Assembly: GCA_030536255.1 (NCBI GenBank)
Contig: JAUNQI010000008.1
Coordinates: 11,453-75,452 of the forward strand
From: Eubacteriales bacterium
Lineage (GTDB): Bacteria > Bacillota > Clostridia > Oscillospirales > Oscillospiraceae
Direction of reading: 5' to 3'
DNA length: 64,000 nucleotides
The notes beneath the pieces were generated by a model that saw only the letters and a program-made list of their open reading frames with translations, did no database searches and had not been told where the DNA came from. The position numbers and the translations under genes are program-made. Shown here piece after piece: positions 37,267 through 45,606 of the stretch; the first letter of the stretch is position 1; every line of letters starts with the position of its first letter.

Positions 37267-40050
37267 ATGGCAAGAAAGGTGAACGGGACTGCCGGTCATG
37301 ATGTTGGGAAACAGGGCGGTCCTATCGGTGGCGGTCCTGTCGGGAACGCCGGAGGTTATTCGGGTCGTCCGTCCGGAAACGGCAGCAGACCTTCCGGGCA
37401 TAGTCAGCCACGTCCGCAGAGCAGCGGAAATAATGAACGTGCGGCAGGAAACGGATCCCAGCGTTCAATGGGGAGCTCTCTTCTGGTAGGGGGACTTCTG
37501 GCACTGCTTCTGGGGAAAGGATCCGGAGGAAACAACGGGAATAACAAGGGAGGCTCCGGCAAGCTGCTTAGGCTTGTTATCCTTGCAGTTGTCGTTATTG
37601 TTCTTCTGAAGTCCTGCGGAATAATCGGAGGAGGAAACAGTTATTCCTCGTCACCTGTTGAAAATTTCCAGGTAGCGGCATCAACTCCTACCCCGACGAA
37701 ACCGCCGAAGACTCCAACCCCGGTTCAGACACAGACACCTGTAGTCCATACGCCGGTTCCTGCGTCTAATCAGAGCTCAGGAAGCGGGCTGTCAGGACTT
37801 GTCAACAGCTTTGCCGGTTCATTCAGCGACAACAGCTATTACAGTTCAAACGCGTATGAATCCACCGGCTACGGTACTTCCGGCGGATATTCCGGGTTTG
37901 ACCTCAGCTCCCTGTTTGGAGGGCACTCTACCCTGAACACTGGTTCATATTCCAGCTCCGGATGGACGAACGGCTCCAACTGCGGAAGACTTGATATGTC
38001 TGTTGCACCTGGTTCAAGAGCCAAGTTTACCTCTTTGAAGGGCAACGGCAAGGATTCTGTTACGGTAATGATCTACATGTGCGGTACAGATCTTGAGTCA
38101 AGCTATTCCATGGCAACCAGCGATCTTCAGGAAATTGCAAACAGCAATATAGGGGATAATGTTAACATTATCGTTTATACCGGTGGATGCACTGGCTGGA
38201 AAAACAGCCTGATGAGCAATAAGACGAACCAGATCTACAAAATAGAGAGCGGCGGGAAATTCAGAACACTGAATGATAATGCTGGAAATAAGCCGATGGT
38301 TTCACCTTCAACGCTTTCAGAGTTTATCCAGTTCTGTGATGACAACTATCCTGCAGATCGAAATATGCTTATTTTCTGGGATCACGGCGGCGGTTCTCTT
38401 ACCGGATACGGATATGATCAGCGCTTTAAGAGCTCCGGCTCCATGACGCTGGATGAGATCGACAAGGCACTGTCAGACGGCGGGGTACTGTTTGACTTTA
38501 TCGGCTTTGACGCCTGTCTGATGGCTACGGTCGAGACTGCGGAAGTCTGTGCGAAATACGCTGATTATCTCGTCGCGTCCGAGGAGTCTGAGCCGGGAAT
38601 CGGCTGGTATTATACGAACTGGGTTACAATGCTGTCAAACAATACTTCTACGCCTACTCTGCAGCTTGGAAAACAGATCGTTGATGATTTCGTTGATGTA
38701 TGTGCCCAAAAATGTGCAGGACAGGATACAACGCTTTCTTTGACCGATCTTGCCGAATTTTCCAATACAGTTCCCAAGGCGCTGAATGCATGGTCGGATG
38801 ATACCGCGGATATTATTGTTTCGGATTATAAGACAGTATCCAATGCCCGCGGAAGCTCCAAAGAGTTTGCTGCTGATTCAAAAATAGATCAGGTCGATCT
38901 TGCGCATGTCGCGTTTAATCTCAATAATTCGTCCAGCAAAGCTCTGGCAGATGCTCTTCTGAGCGCGGTTAAATATAACCGTACGTCAAGTACGGTGAAA
39001 AATGCATATGGCTTGTCCATATACTTCCCGTACCGCAGTGTTTCTTCAGTCAAAAATGCAGTTTCCACTTATAGTGAGATAGGGCTTGATGATAATTATT
39101 CGAGATGCATTCAGGCTTATGCAAAATATGCAACGTCCGGTCAGTCTGCATCCTATTCCAGCGGCTATTCATCTGCTCTCGGTTCGCTGCTTGGCAGTCT
39201 GGGTGATTACAGTTCCTATGGCTCCGGATCCGGCAGCAGTTATAGCTCCGGCTATGGGAGCAGCTACGGTTCTTCTTCCTACAGCTCCTCTCTGAGCGGT
39301 GACGATATTTATTCGCTGATCTCCTCTGTCCTTGGAATGCGCAGCACAGGAGGCCTGGAGGACAGAACAAATGTAAGAAGTATCGCGGATTATGTTGCGG
39401 AAAATACATTTGACGCATCTGCCCTTGCATGGCGCCGCGGAGAAGACGGAAGTCTCAGAATGTCACTCCCCGAAGACCAGTGGAATCTTCTCAATGAAGT
39501 AAAGCTGAGCCTCTTTAAGAATGACGGAGAAGGCTTTATTGATCTCGGACTTGACCTGTACAGCGGATACTTCAATGATGATGGAAGCCTTGTCGGAGAA
39601 TTTGACGGAGCATGGCTCGCTATCAATGACTGGACAGTAGCTTTCTACCAGCTTTACACAACAGTTGAAGCAGATGGTACCGTTGTTACATCCGGACGGG
39701 TGCCGGTGCTCTATAACGGAGAACGGGCAAATCTGATTATTGAAATAGTCAATGATGAGCCGGCAGTTGTCGGTGTATGCTATGATTATATTAACGGCGA
39801 AACAGATACAAAAGCGAAAACGATCACCGGATATAATCCGGAGGATACGGTAGTATTTGTTGCGGATTACTATGATTATGATAATAATTATCAGGCGAGT
39901 TATCCGATCAGCGAGGAGATTACGCTGGAGAATGGCCTTTCGGCAGAATATCTCTATCTGGCTGATATCTCTTCTGCCAATGCCTGCTACCGTCTTACCG
40001 ATATCTACGCGAATGATTACTGGACTCCGGTTATGGAGAATGCCGCCTGA
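37267..40050 (+). CDS. Clostripain-family (C11) cysteine peptidase, single-pass membrane anchored, with long low-complexity regions
   Basis: The catalytic His context is IFWDHGGGS and the Cys context is GFDACLMA. The N-terminus has a Gly/Ser/Asn-rich tail, a TM helix (LVILAVVVIVLL) and a Pro/Thr linker. An internal Ser/Tyr/Gly-rich tract is also present. Confidence 0.8.
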   Translation: MARKVNGTAGHDVGKQGGPIGGGPVGNAGGYSGRPSGNGSRPSGHSQPRPQSSGNNERAAGNGSQRSMGSSLLVGGLLALLLGKGSGGNNGNNKGGSGKLLRLVILAVVVIVLLKSCGIIGGGNSYSSSPVENFQVAASTPTPTKPPKTPTPVQTQTPVVHTPVPASNQSSGSGLSGLVNSFAGSFSDNSYYSSNAYESTGYGTSGGYSGFDLSSLFGGHSTLNTGSYSSSGWTNGSNCGRLDMSVAPGSRAKFTSLKGNGKDSVTVMIYMCGTDLESSYSMATSDLQEIANSNIGDNVNIIVYTGGCTGWKNSLMSNKTNQIYKIESGGKFRTLNDNAGNKPMVSPSTLSEFIQFCDDNYPADRNMLIFWDHGGGSLTGYGYDQRFKSSGSMTLDEIDKALSDGGVLFDFIGFDACLMATVETAEVCAKYADYLVASEESEPGIGWYYTNWVTMLSNNTSTPTLQLGKQIVDDFVDVCAQKCAGQDTTLSLTDLAEFSNTVPKALNAWSDDTADIIVSDYKTVSNARGSSKEFAADSKIDQVDLAHVAFNLNNSSSKALADALLSAVKYNRTSSTVKNAYGLSIYFPYRSVSSVKNAVSTYSEIGLDDNYSRCIQAYAKYATSGQSASYSSGYSSALGSLLGSLGDYSSYGSGSGSSYSSGYGSSYGSSSYSSSLSGDDIYSLISSVLGMRSTGGLEDRTNVRSIADYVAENTFDASALAWRRGEDGSLRMSLPEDQWNLLNEVKLSLFKNDGEGFIDLGLDLYSGYFNDDGSLVGEFDGAWLAINDWTVAFYQLYTTVEADGTVVTSGRVPVLYNGERANLIIEIVNDEPAVVGVCYDYINGETDTKAKTITGYNPEDTVVFVADYYDYDNNYQASYPISEEITLENGLSAEYLYLADISSANACYRLTDIYANDYWTPVMENAA

Positions 40051-40095
40051 TGTTATTCAGGGATGCAGTTAAATTCTAAAGACAGGAAAAATAAT

Positions 40096-40119
40096 AAAGC
40101 CGCCGGATACGGCGGCTTT
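40096..40119 (+). terminator. Hairpin terminator after the C11 peptidase gene
   Basis: The hairpin is AAAGCCGCCG, loop GATA, CGGCGGCTTT. The flanks are AT-rich but no long T-run follows. Confidence 0.55.
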
Positions 40120-40135
40120 ATTAAAAACAAACAGA

Positions 40136-41086
40136 ATGGTAGATATTACTCTTTTAGGAACAGCAGCGACCATGCCTCTGCCTGACAGGGCACTGACGTC
40201 CGTATTCCTTTCATATAGCGGTCACTCGATCCTTTTCGATTGCGGAGAGGGTACTCAGACCGCTGCACGGAAATCACATATCAGTCTGATGAAAACAGAC
40301 CTTATCGCGTTGACGCATTATCACGGTGATCATATTTTCGGTCTGCCGGGTCTTCTTCAGACAATGGGGTGTCTTGGAAGGACACAGCCCCTATACATTA
40401 TTGGACCGGACGGGCTGGAAAAGGTAATGGAATTGATCGTTTCTATGAGCGGACAGATGCCTTTCCCGATATATGCGCTTTTTCCGATGGAGCGTTCAGA
40501 AAGTAAGGATTTTTATTCATTCAGGATCTCAGATTATATTTCCGAATGGCCGGGAGAGACATCGCTGACTGTTTTTAAAACAGAGCATCGGGTGGAGAGC
40601 TGCGGATATAGTTTCCATGTCAGGCGTCCGGGGAAATTTATTCCTGAAAATGCTGAAAAAGCCGGAGTACCGAAAAGATTATGGGGGACTTTGCAGAAAG
40701 GAGAATCTATAGAACTGGATGATGGGAGAGTGATATACCCTGATTCTGTGCTCGGACAGGAAAGAAAAGGACTCAGCGTGGTGTTTTCCGGGGATACATC
40801 TCCCTGCAGTAATCTTATAAAAGCTTCTGCTGATGCTGATCTTCTCATTTGTGATTCAACATACGGCGACAGCAGCCATACGGTTCAGGCTGAGAAATAC
40901 GGACACAGCACATTTGCCGAAGCTGCGGGAGTAGCGAAGGAAGCAGGCGTGAAAAGATTGTGGCTGACACATTTCTCACAGATCATGGAGGATCCGGATG
41001 AATTTCTGAATAACGCGGCAGAGGTATTTCCTGACAGTGTGTGCGGAAAGGATGGACTATCCGTTTCCTTAAAATTTGAGGATTGA
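40136..41086 (+). CDS. rnz: Ribonuclease Z (tRNA 3' endonuclease)
   Basis: It is an MBL-fold protein with the HYHGDH motif, an N-terminal LLGTAATMPLPDR and a C-terminal THFS. Confidence 0.85.
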   Translation: MVDITLLGTAATMPLPDRALTSVFLSYSGHSILFDCGEGTQTAARKSHISLMKTDLIALTHYHGDHIFGLPGLLQTMGCLGRTQPLYIIGPDGLEKVMELIVSMSGQMPFPIYALFPMERSESKDFYSFRISDYISEWPGETSLTVFKTEHRVESCGYSFHVRRPGKFIPENAEKAGVPKRLWGTLQKGESIELDDGRVIYPDSVLGQERKGLSVVFSGDTSPCSNLIKASADADLLICDSTYGDSSHTVQAEKYGHSTFAEAAGVAKEAGVKRLWLTHFSQIMEDPDEFLNNAAEVFPDSVCGKDGLSVSLKFED

Positions 41087-41159
41087 TAGTTTATTCTTTT
41101 GCTGCATCCTGTATAAAAAGGGAAGTTTCATTTAATCGTATTTTTTATATTCATCTTTA

Positions 41160-41188
41160 TTGACAAAACAGGAAGATAAAGTTATTCT
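41160..41188 (+). promoter_or_regulatory. Candidate sigma-A promoter of the mgtE leader
   Basis: TTGACA, a 17-nt spacer and TATTCT lie about 220 nt upstream of the mgtE start. Confidence 0.45.
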
Positions 41189-41246
41189 TAAATGACCGCT
41201 CTTAGTTTTAGCGGAATATTAATAATTATTAAGGAGGAAACGTCTC

Positions 41247-41339
41247 ATGGACGATGGAAGTAGTTGCGGCACATCGGCAGGCCGAAGTAAACCGGACGCT
41301 GTGCAGTTTTCTGTGAGCGTTTCCGTTTTTAGAATATAG
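41247..41339 (+). CDS. Candidate 30-codon upstream ORF in the mgtE leader (MDDGSSCGTSAGRSKPDAVQFSVSVSVFRI)
   Basis: An AAGGAGGA sequence lies 8 nt upstream of the ATG. It is too short for the ORF track. I recognised no homology, so it may not be translated. Confidence 0.25.
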   Translation: MDDGSSCGTSAGRSKPDAVQFSVSVSVFRI

Positions 41340-41404
41340 CTTTTTGCTTTGGTCTGAAGTGTCGGACTTCCTGTTCCTGACAGTTTCAATCAGGAGGAAA
41401 ACCG

Positions 41405-42781
41405 ATGGCAGAACATAATGTTACCGTTGAGAGCACGCTGAAGGCTCTTCTCAACGACAAAAAGTATTCTACTCTGAAGGATATTTTGATTACAATGAAT
41501 CCTTCAGACATCGCAGCAGTATTTGAAGAACTTGATGAAGACAGAACTCCGCTTCTTTTTCGCCTTTTACCGAAAGAGCTGGCGGCGGATACCTTTGTCG
41601 AGATGGAACCCGAGCTGCAGGAGCTCCTGATCAAAGGGTTCTCAGATTCCGAGCTTCGTGAAGTGGTTCAGGAATTATATGTTGACGATGCAGCGGACCT
41701 TGTGGAAGAAATGCCTGCGAATGTCGTCAGGAGAATTCTTGCTCAGGCTGATCCCCAGATGCGCAAAGAGATCAATGAGATCCTTCGCTATCCGGAAAAT
41801 TCCGCCGGATCGATTATGACAACGGAGTACGTTGATCTGCGGAAGGATATGACGGTTGGCGAAGCGATTACCCGTATCCGCAGAACGGGAATAGATAAAG
41901 AAACGATCTATACCTGTTATGTTACGGAGGCCAGAACCCTTGTAGGCTTCCTCTCTGTAAAGGATCTTCTTCTTGCTCCGGATGATGAAGACAAAATTTC
42001 TGAGATAATGGACACAAAAATTATCTCAGTAAATACAATGACGGACCAGGAAGAAGTTGCACAGATGCTTTCCAAATATAACTTCCTTGCCTTGCCGGTC
42101 GTTGATAATGAAAACCGTCTTGTCGGTATCATCACATTCGACGATGCAATGGATGTTATGGAAGAAGAGGTTACGGAAGATATCGAAAAGATGGCAGCTA
42201 TCCTGCCCTCGGATAAAACTTATCTCCGCTCTTCACCCTGGGAGCTTTTCAAGCACCGTATTCCCTGGCTCCTTTTGCTAATGGTCTCTGCAACGTTTAC
42301 GGGGATGATCATCACAAGATTTGAGGATGCGCTTGCTGCTCAGGTTGTCCTGACGTCATTTATCCCGATGCTGATGGATACGGGCGGTAATTCCGGTTCC
42401 CAGTCCTCTGTAACCGTAATTCGTGCTTTGTCTCTTGATGAGCTCGAATTCAGTGATCTCGTCGGCGTAATCTGGAAAGAAATAAGAACGGCTGTTCTTT
42501 GCGGAATCGTACTGTCTGCAGCGTGCTTTGCAAAAATAATGATCGTTGACAGACTTCTCCTTGGAAATACGGAAGTTACTGTATTCGTTGCATTGGTGGT
42601 ATGTTTAACGATGGCCCTTACTGTGCTTGTCGCAAAGATTATCGGCTGCTCTCTGCCCATGCTGGCGAAGAAGATCGGATTTGACCCTGCGGTGATGGCA
42701 AGTCCTTTTATAACGACAATCGTTGATGCGCTTTCTCTTCTGGTGTATTTTGCCATTGCCAGTGCGGTTCTGTTTGCGTGA
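41405..42781 (+). CDS. mgtE: Magnesium transporter MgtE
   Basis: It has the MgtE N-domain, a CBS pair and a TM domain with the PMLMDTGGNSGSQS motif. Length is 458 aa. Confidence 0.92.
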   Translation: MAEHNVTVESTLKALLNDKKYSTLKDILITMNPSDIAAVFEELDEDRTPLLFRLLPKELAADTFVEMEPELQELLIKGFSDSELREVVQELYVDDAADLVEEMPANVVRRILAQADPQMRKEINEILRYPENSAGSIMTTEYVDLRKDMTVGEAITRIRRTGIDKETIYTCYVTEARTLVGFLSVKDLLLAPDDEDKISEIMDTKIISVNTMTDQEEVAQMLSKYNFLALPVVDNENRLVGIITFDDAMDVMEEEVTEDIEKMAAILPSDKTYLRSSPWELFKHRIPWLLLLMVSATFTGMIITRFEDALAAQVVLTSFIPMLMDTGGNSGSQSSVTVIRALSLDELEFSDLVGVIWKEIRTAVLCGIVLSAACFAKIMIVDRLLLGNTEVTVFVALVVCLTMALTVLVAKIIGCSLPMLAKKIGFDPAVMASPFITTIVDALSLLVYFAIASAVLFA

Positions 42782-42783
42782 AT

Positions 42784-43269
42784 ATGGAAATAGAAAGAAA
42801 ATGGCTTATATCCCGGAATGATATTCCGTATGATTTGTCCCAGCTCGATTCAATGTTAATAGAGCAGGCGTACTTGTCATTCTATCCGACAATCAGAATT
42901 AGAAGAATTGACGGGAATCAGTATATCCTTACAATTAAAACACACCCTGAAAAGTTGGATTATTCCGGTTTGCAGAGAGAAGAGTATGAAATACCGCTTG
43001 CTGAAGAAGAGTATGAAGCTCTTAAAGAGCGGGTAATCGGGAATTCAATTGTAAAAACAAGGTACATCCATAAAACAGATGAAGGATGTAAAGAAGAAAT
43101 TGATATTTTCCATAATGATATGGATGGCCTGGCTCTGATGGAAATCGAATTTGAGGATGTTGATTCCGCATTGCGTTATCCGGATCCGGAGTGGATAATC
43201 CGGGATGTGACCTATGATAACCGTTATAAGAACAGTTCCCTTGCAAAAAACGGTCTGCCGTCGGATTGA
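42784..43269 (+). CDS. CYTH-domain protein (triphosphate tunnel metalloenzyme family)
   Basis: It has the N-terminal EIERKWL (ExExK) signature and later acidic strands (EIDIF, MEIEFED). Length is about 161 aa. The ORF begins 2-3 nt after or overlapping the mgtE stop. Confidence 0.8.
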   Translation: MEIERKWLISRNDIPYDLSQLDSMLIEQAYLSFYPTIRIRRIDGNQYILTIKTHPEKLDYSGLQREEYEIPLAEEEYEALKERVIGNSIVKTRYIHKTDEGCKEEIDIFHNDMDGLALMEIEFEDVDSALRYPDPEWIIRDVTYDNRYKNSSLAKNGLPSD

Positions 43270-43287
43270 AACAGTTATACAGACAAT

Positions 43288-43329
43288 AACAGTTCCGCAC
43301 CCTGCAAAATAGCAGGGTGCGGAACTGTT
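43288..43329. terminator. Bidirectional terminator between the CYTH gene and the CARF-nuclease gene
   Basis: A perfect 18-bp stem (AACAGTTCCGCACCCTGC / GCAGGGTGCGGAACTGTT) has a 6-nt loop. Confidence 0.85.
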
Positions 43330-43348
43330 TCACAAAGGAAATTCACGA

Positions 43349-44536
43349 TTATTTATTTTGCTGGAAGTGTATTTTGATTTGATCTGAAAGCGTTCCTTTT
43401 TTCAGATCGTCCAGACCGATTATATCAATCCCGAGAGCTGACGCTCTGCGTTTCGTAATCGGCCTGCTGTTTTCCGTCGTAACAGCGAAAGCTCTGGCAC
43501 CATTCCCGCCAAAATGGTCCTTCAGAATTGCCAGCTCGTTTAGAGCATCGGTATCTATCGGGCAGGTTTTGCATGAAATAAAAACGGGCGTAATTCCGAA
43601 AGAGGCAGTTACATCAATTTCATTGGTAACATTTTCATTTTTTTCCGCATTTTCCCAGTAGACAATTGTGCTGCAAAGAACGTCGTTGAAAATTCCGGAG
43701 TCAATACAGGCTTTCCATGTATATAACTCAAGAACGCTGCCGACATCTCTGAGCCAGAAGCGGGTCTGCTTGTCTGTAAAGTCAAACAGGATCCTGTCTT
43801 CTTCCTGAATTTGAAGGTCATGGATGAAACCGAGACGCTCAACCTGATACAGGAATTCCTTATCAATTGTGATTTTGTTTCCACGTTCGCCTTTTACGCT
43901 GAAGGAAGAACTGACGTGCAGTTTGGTTTCTCCGTTTTTATCCGGCTGTGATGCACGCTGAAACCAGTTTATAATCTTTCCCCATTGCTTTCGGTATTTA
44001 AGGAAAAGTTTAAAGAATTCATCTATCTTGTTGTAATACTTAAAAAGTAATTCACTGTCAACACGGCCCTTCTGCATTTTACCGCCTGCCATGAGGAAAT
44101 AGTCCTCGACCTTATAGCAGAATTCCGGTTTGATGTTCTCTGCAAACTCCGCATTGCTTATATTGAAAAAACGCTGTTTCTTCCAGCTGAAAGTAAAGGA
44201 CGGAAGCTTGCTGGAAGCACAGAACTGTCCTGCGGCGAACAACGCAGCATCAGAGCCTCCCGTAATATCTATGGCACAATCAGGATATCTGCTGACAACT
44301 GTTTCAAGCTGTCTGTAAACTTTGTCAGTATGCAGAAGGCTTGTGTCCATAAAAATAGTTTCAGTGTTCAGATTTCTCCATGCAATATAATCAGTGATTT
44401 TCTTTTGTTCACTTTTGCTTTGAGCAATTGAAGAAGGGCACAGATATACGATCCGTTCCGGACGAAATACATCTGCGGCAAGAAAATTCTCCAAAGGACG
44501 TTCATCGTAAAGTTCAATTAAAGTTTTCATTTCCAT
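43349..44536 (-). CDS. CARF-like domain fused to PD-(D/E)xK nuclease (DUF1887 / Card1-Can2-like cyclic-oligoadenylate-type effector)
   Basis: The N-terminal half is Rossmann-like (RIVYLCPSS ... CAIDITGGSDAALFAAG). The C-terminal half has NDV...NEIDVTASFGITPVFISCKTC, matching the D...ExD...xCK restriction-endonuclease-fold motif of the Card1 family. The start is at 44536 or 44530. Assignment is by motif recognition only. Confidence 0.6.
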   Translation of the reverse strand: MEMKTLIELYDERPLENFLAADVFRPERIVYLCPSSIAQSKSEQKKITDYIAWRNLNTETIFMDTSLLHTDKVYRQLETVVSRYPDCAIDITGGSDAALFAAGQFCASSKLPSFTFSWKKQRFFNISNAEFAENIKPEFCYKVEDYFLMAGGKMQKGRVDSELLFKYYNKIDEFFKLFLKYRKQWGKIINWFQRASQPDKNGETKLHVSSSFSVKGERGNKITIDKEFLYQVERLGFIHDLQIQEEDRILFDFTDKQTRFWLRDVGSVLELYTWKACIDSGIFNDVLCSTIVYWENAEKNENVTNEIDVTASFGITPVFISCKTCPIDTDALNELAILKDHFGGNGARAFAVTTENSRPITKRRASALGIDIIGLDDLKKGTLSDQIKIHFQQNK

Positions 44537-44837
44537 CCCACTGATATTCTGATAAATCTACTTTGTTGTTGATTACTTCTATTCCGTCATCCTGAAGCAG
44601 CTTCTTCTGCCACTCCAATCCGCCAAAGGCAAAAGCTCCGCTGAGCATACCCTGAGAATTTACGACTCTGAAACAGGGAATCGTTGCAGGATCCGGATTG
44701 ACATGCAAAGCGTTTCCCACGGCTCTCGCGGCTCGCGGATTCCCGGAAAGTGCGGCAATCTGACCGTATGTCGCAACGTTACCGGCAGGAATTTTCATTA
44801 CTGTTTTATATATTTTTTCGTAAAATGTATTACTCAT
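44514..44837 (-). CDS. MGMT/Atl-family DNA-binding domain protein (single-domain, 107 aa)
   Basis: It has the Ogt C-terminal-domain pattern (VATYGQIAALSGNPRAARAVGNAL ... IPCFRVVNSQG). The active-site PCHR is PCFR here. Confidence 0.75.
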   Translation of the reverse strand: MSNTFYEKIYKTVMKIPAGNVATYGQIAALSGNPRAARAVGNALHVNPDPATIPCFRVVNSQGMLSGAFAFGGLEWQKKLLQDDGIEVINNKVDLSEYQWDGNENFN

Positions 44838-44843
44838 AATCTA

Positions 44844-45410
44844 TTATTTCAGTCTCAGATCTTTACCTGTAATGAATCCGTTCAGCGGCTTAAACAGTAT
44901 CGCTGCGACAACAAGATCAAGGAACATGCAGGCGAAGATATAGCTCCCATTATAAAGAGCAGAATAAAACCATGGCGTTGTCATAGTCATTCCGAAGAAA
45001 TGTTCAGGCATATATTCTCCCCAAACCGTTGCCCCGACAATATACGATATGATAAACCTTGCAGCGCTTCCGGCAAGAATTCCTGAGAAAAAGCCGTATT
45101 TTCTTTTATGAAAAAGACCTGCCAGACCGATTACTGTATATGCAAGAATATAATCTCCGATGATTGACTGCCATCCCCATGCATATGCACCATCCAGCAT
45201 GAGCTGCAGAAGGCTGAGAACAAAGCTTGCAAGGATGCCGTATCCAAAGCCCCATCTGGAACAATAAATGAAAATTGGGAGCATATTCAGTGTGATGGAT
45301 CCGCCATTTGGCAAAGCAAATATTTTAATGTAGCCGAGAATTTGTGCTGCAGCAATCAGCAGAGCTCCCTCACAGAGCGCGCGCAGCTTCAAATGAGAAT
45401 TGTTTTTCAT
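44844..45410 (-). CDS. thiT: Energy-coupling-factor thiamine transporter S component ThiT
   Basis: It is a 188-aa 6-TM protein with PNGGSITLNMLPIF and GLAGLF patterns of the ThiT/YuaJ family. A TPP riboswitch lies immediately upstream. Confidence 0.85.
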   Translation of the reverse strand: MKNNSHLKLRALCEGALLIAAAQILGYIKIFALPNGGSITLNMLPIFIYCSRWGFGYGILASFVLSLLQLMLDGAYAWGWQSIIGDYILAYTVIGLAGLFHKRKYGFFSGILAGSAARFIISYIVGATVWGEYMPEHFFGMTMTTPWFYSALYNGSYIFACMFLDLVVAAILFKPLNGFITGKDLRLK

Positions 45411-45430
45411 TTTTCCTCCAAAAATGAAAC

Positions 45431-45562
45431 AAAAAAACGCAGATTAAATTGCTAACCTGCGATGGATGTATGTCTGTCCCTACGCCGGCATTATCCGAAC
45501 AGGTTCTTCGGGTTCGAAAGCGTCATTCCGTTTCATCTCAGCCGGGACATACCCAGCTCCCC
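45431..45562 (-). promoter_or_regulatory. TPP (THI-box) riboswitch with intrinsic terminator
   Basis: The minus strand reads GGGGAGCTGGG...GGCTGAGA...GAACCCGAAGAACCTGTTCGGATAATGCCGGCGTAGGGA. A CGCAG/CTGCG hairpin and T7 follow, then the RBS GGAGG and the thiT ATG. Confidence 0.88.
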
Positions 45563-45606
45563 AATATAATTAATGCGAGTTGTTCAGACAGATAACTGTC
45601 CTTATA

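Noticed and set aside
41087-41404. Expected M-box (ykoK) Mg2+ riboswitch upstream of mgtE
   Set aside because: I searched both strands by eye for the conserved M-box segments (GUUAGGUGAGGC-like and GCUAAAGCUCUACG-like) and did not find them. It is kept only as an open question in the findings.
42778-44536. CYTH protein as the signal-producing cyclase partner of the CARF nuclease
   Set aside because: The genes are convergent and separated by a perfect 18-bp bidirectional terminator. The CYTH gene is coupled to mgtE instead. This CYTH type (EIERKWL, ~160 aa) is more typical of triphosphatases than of cyclases. The idea is pure speculation.
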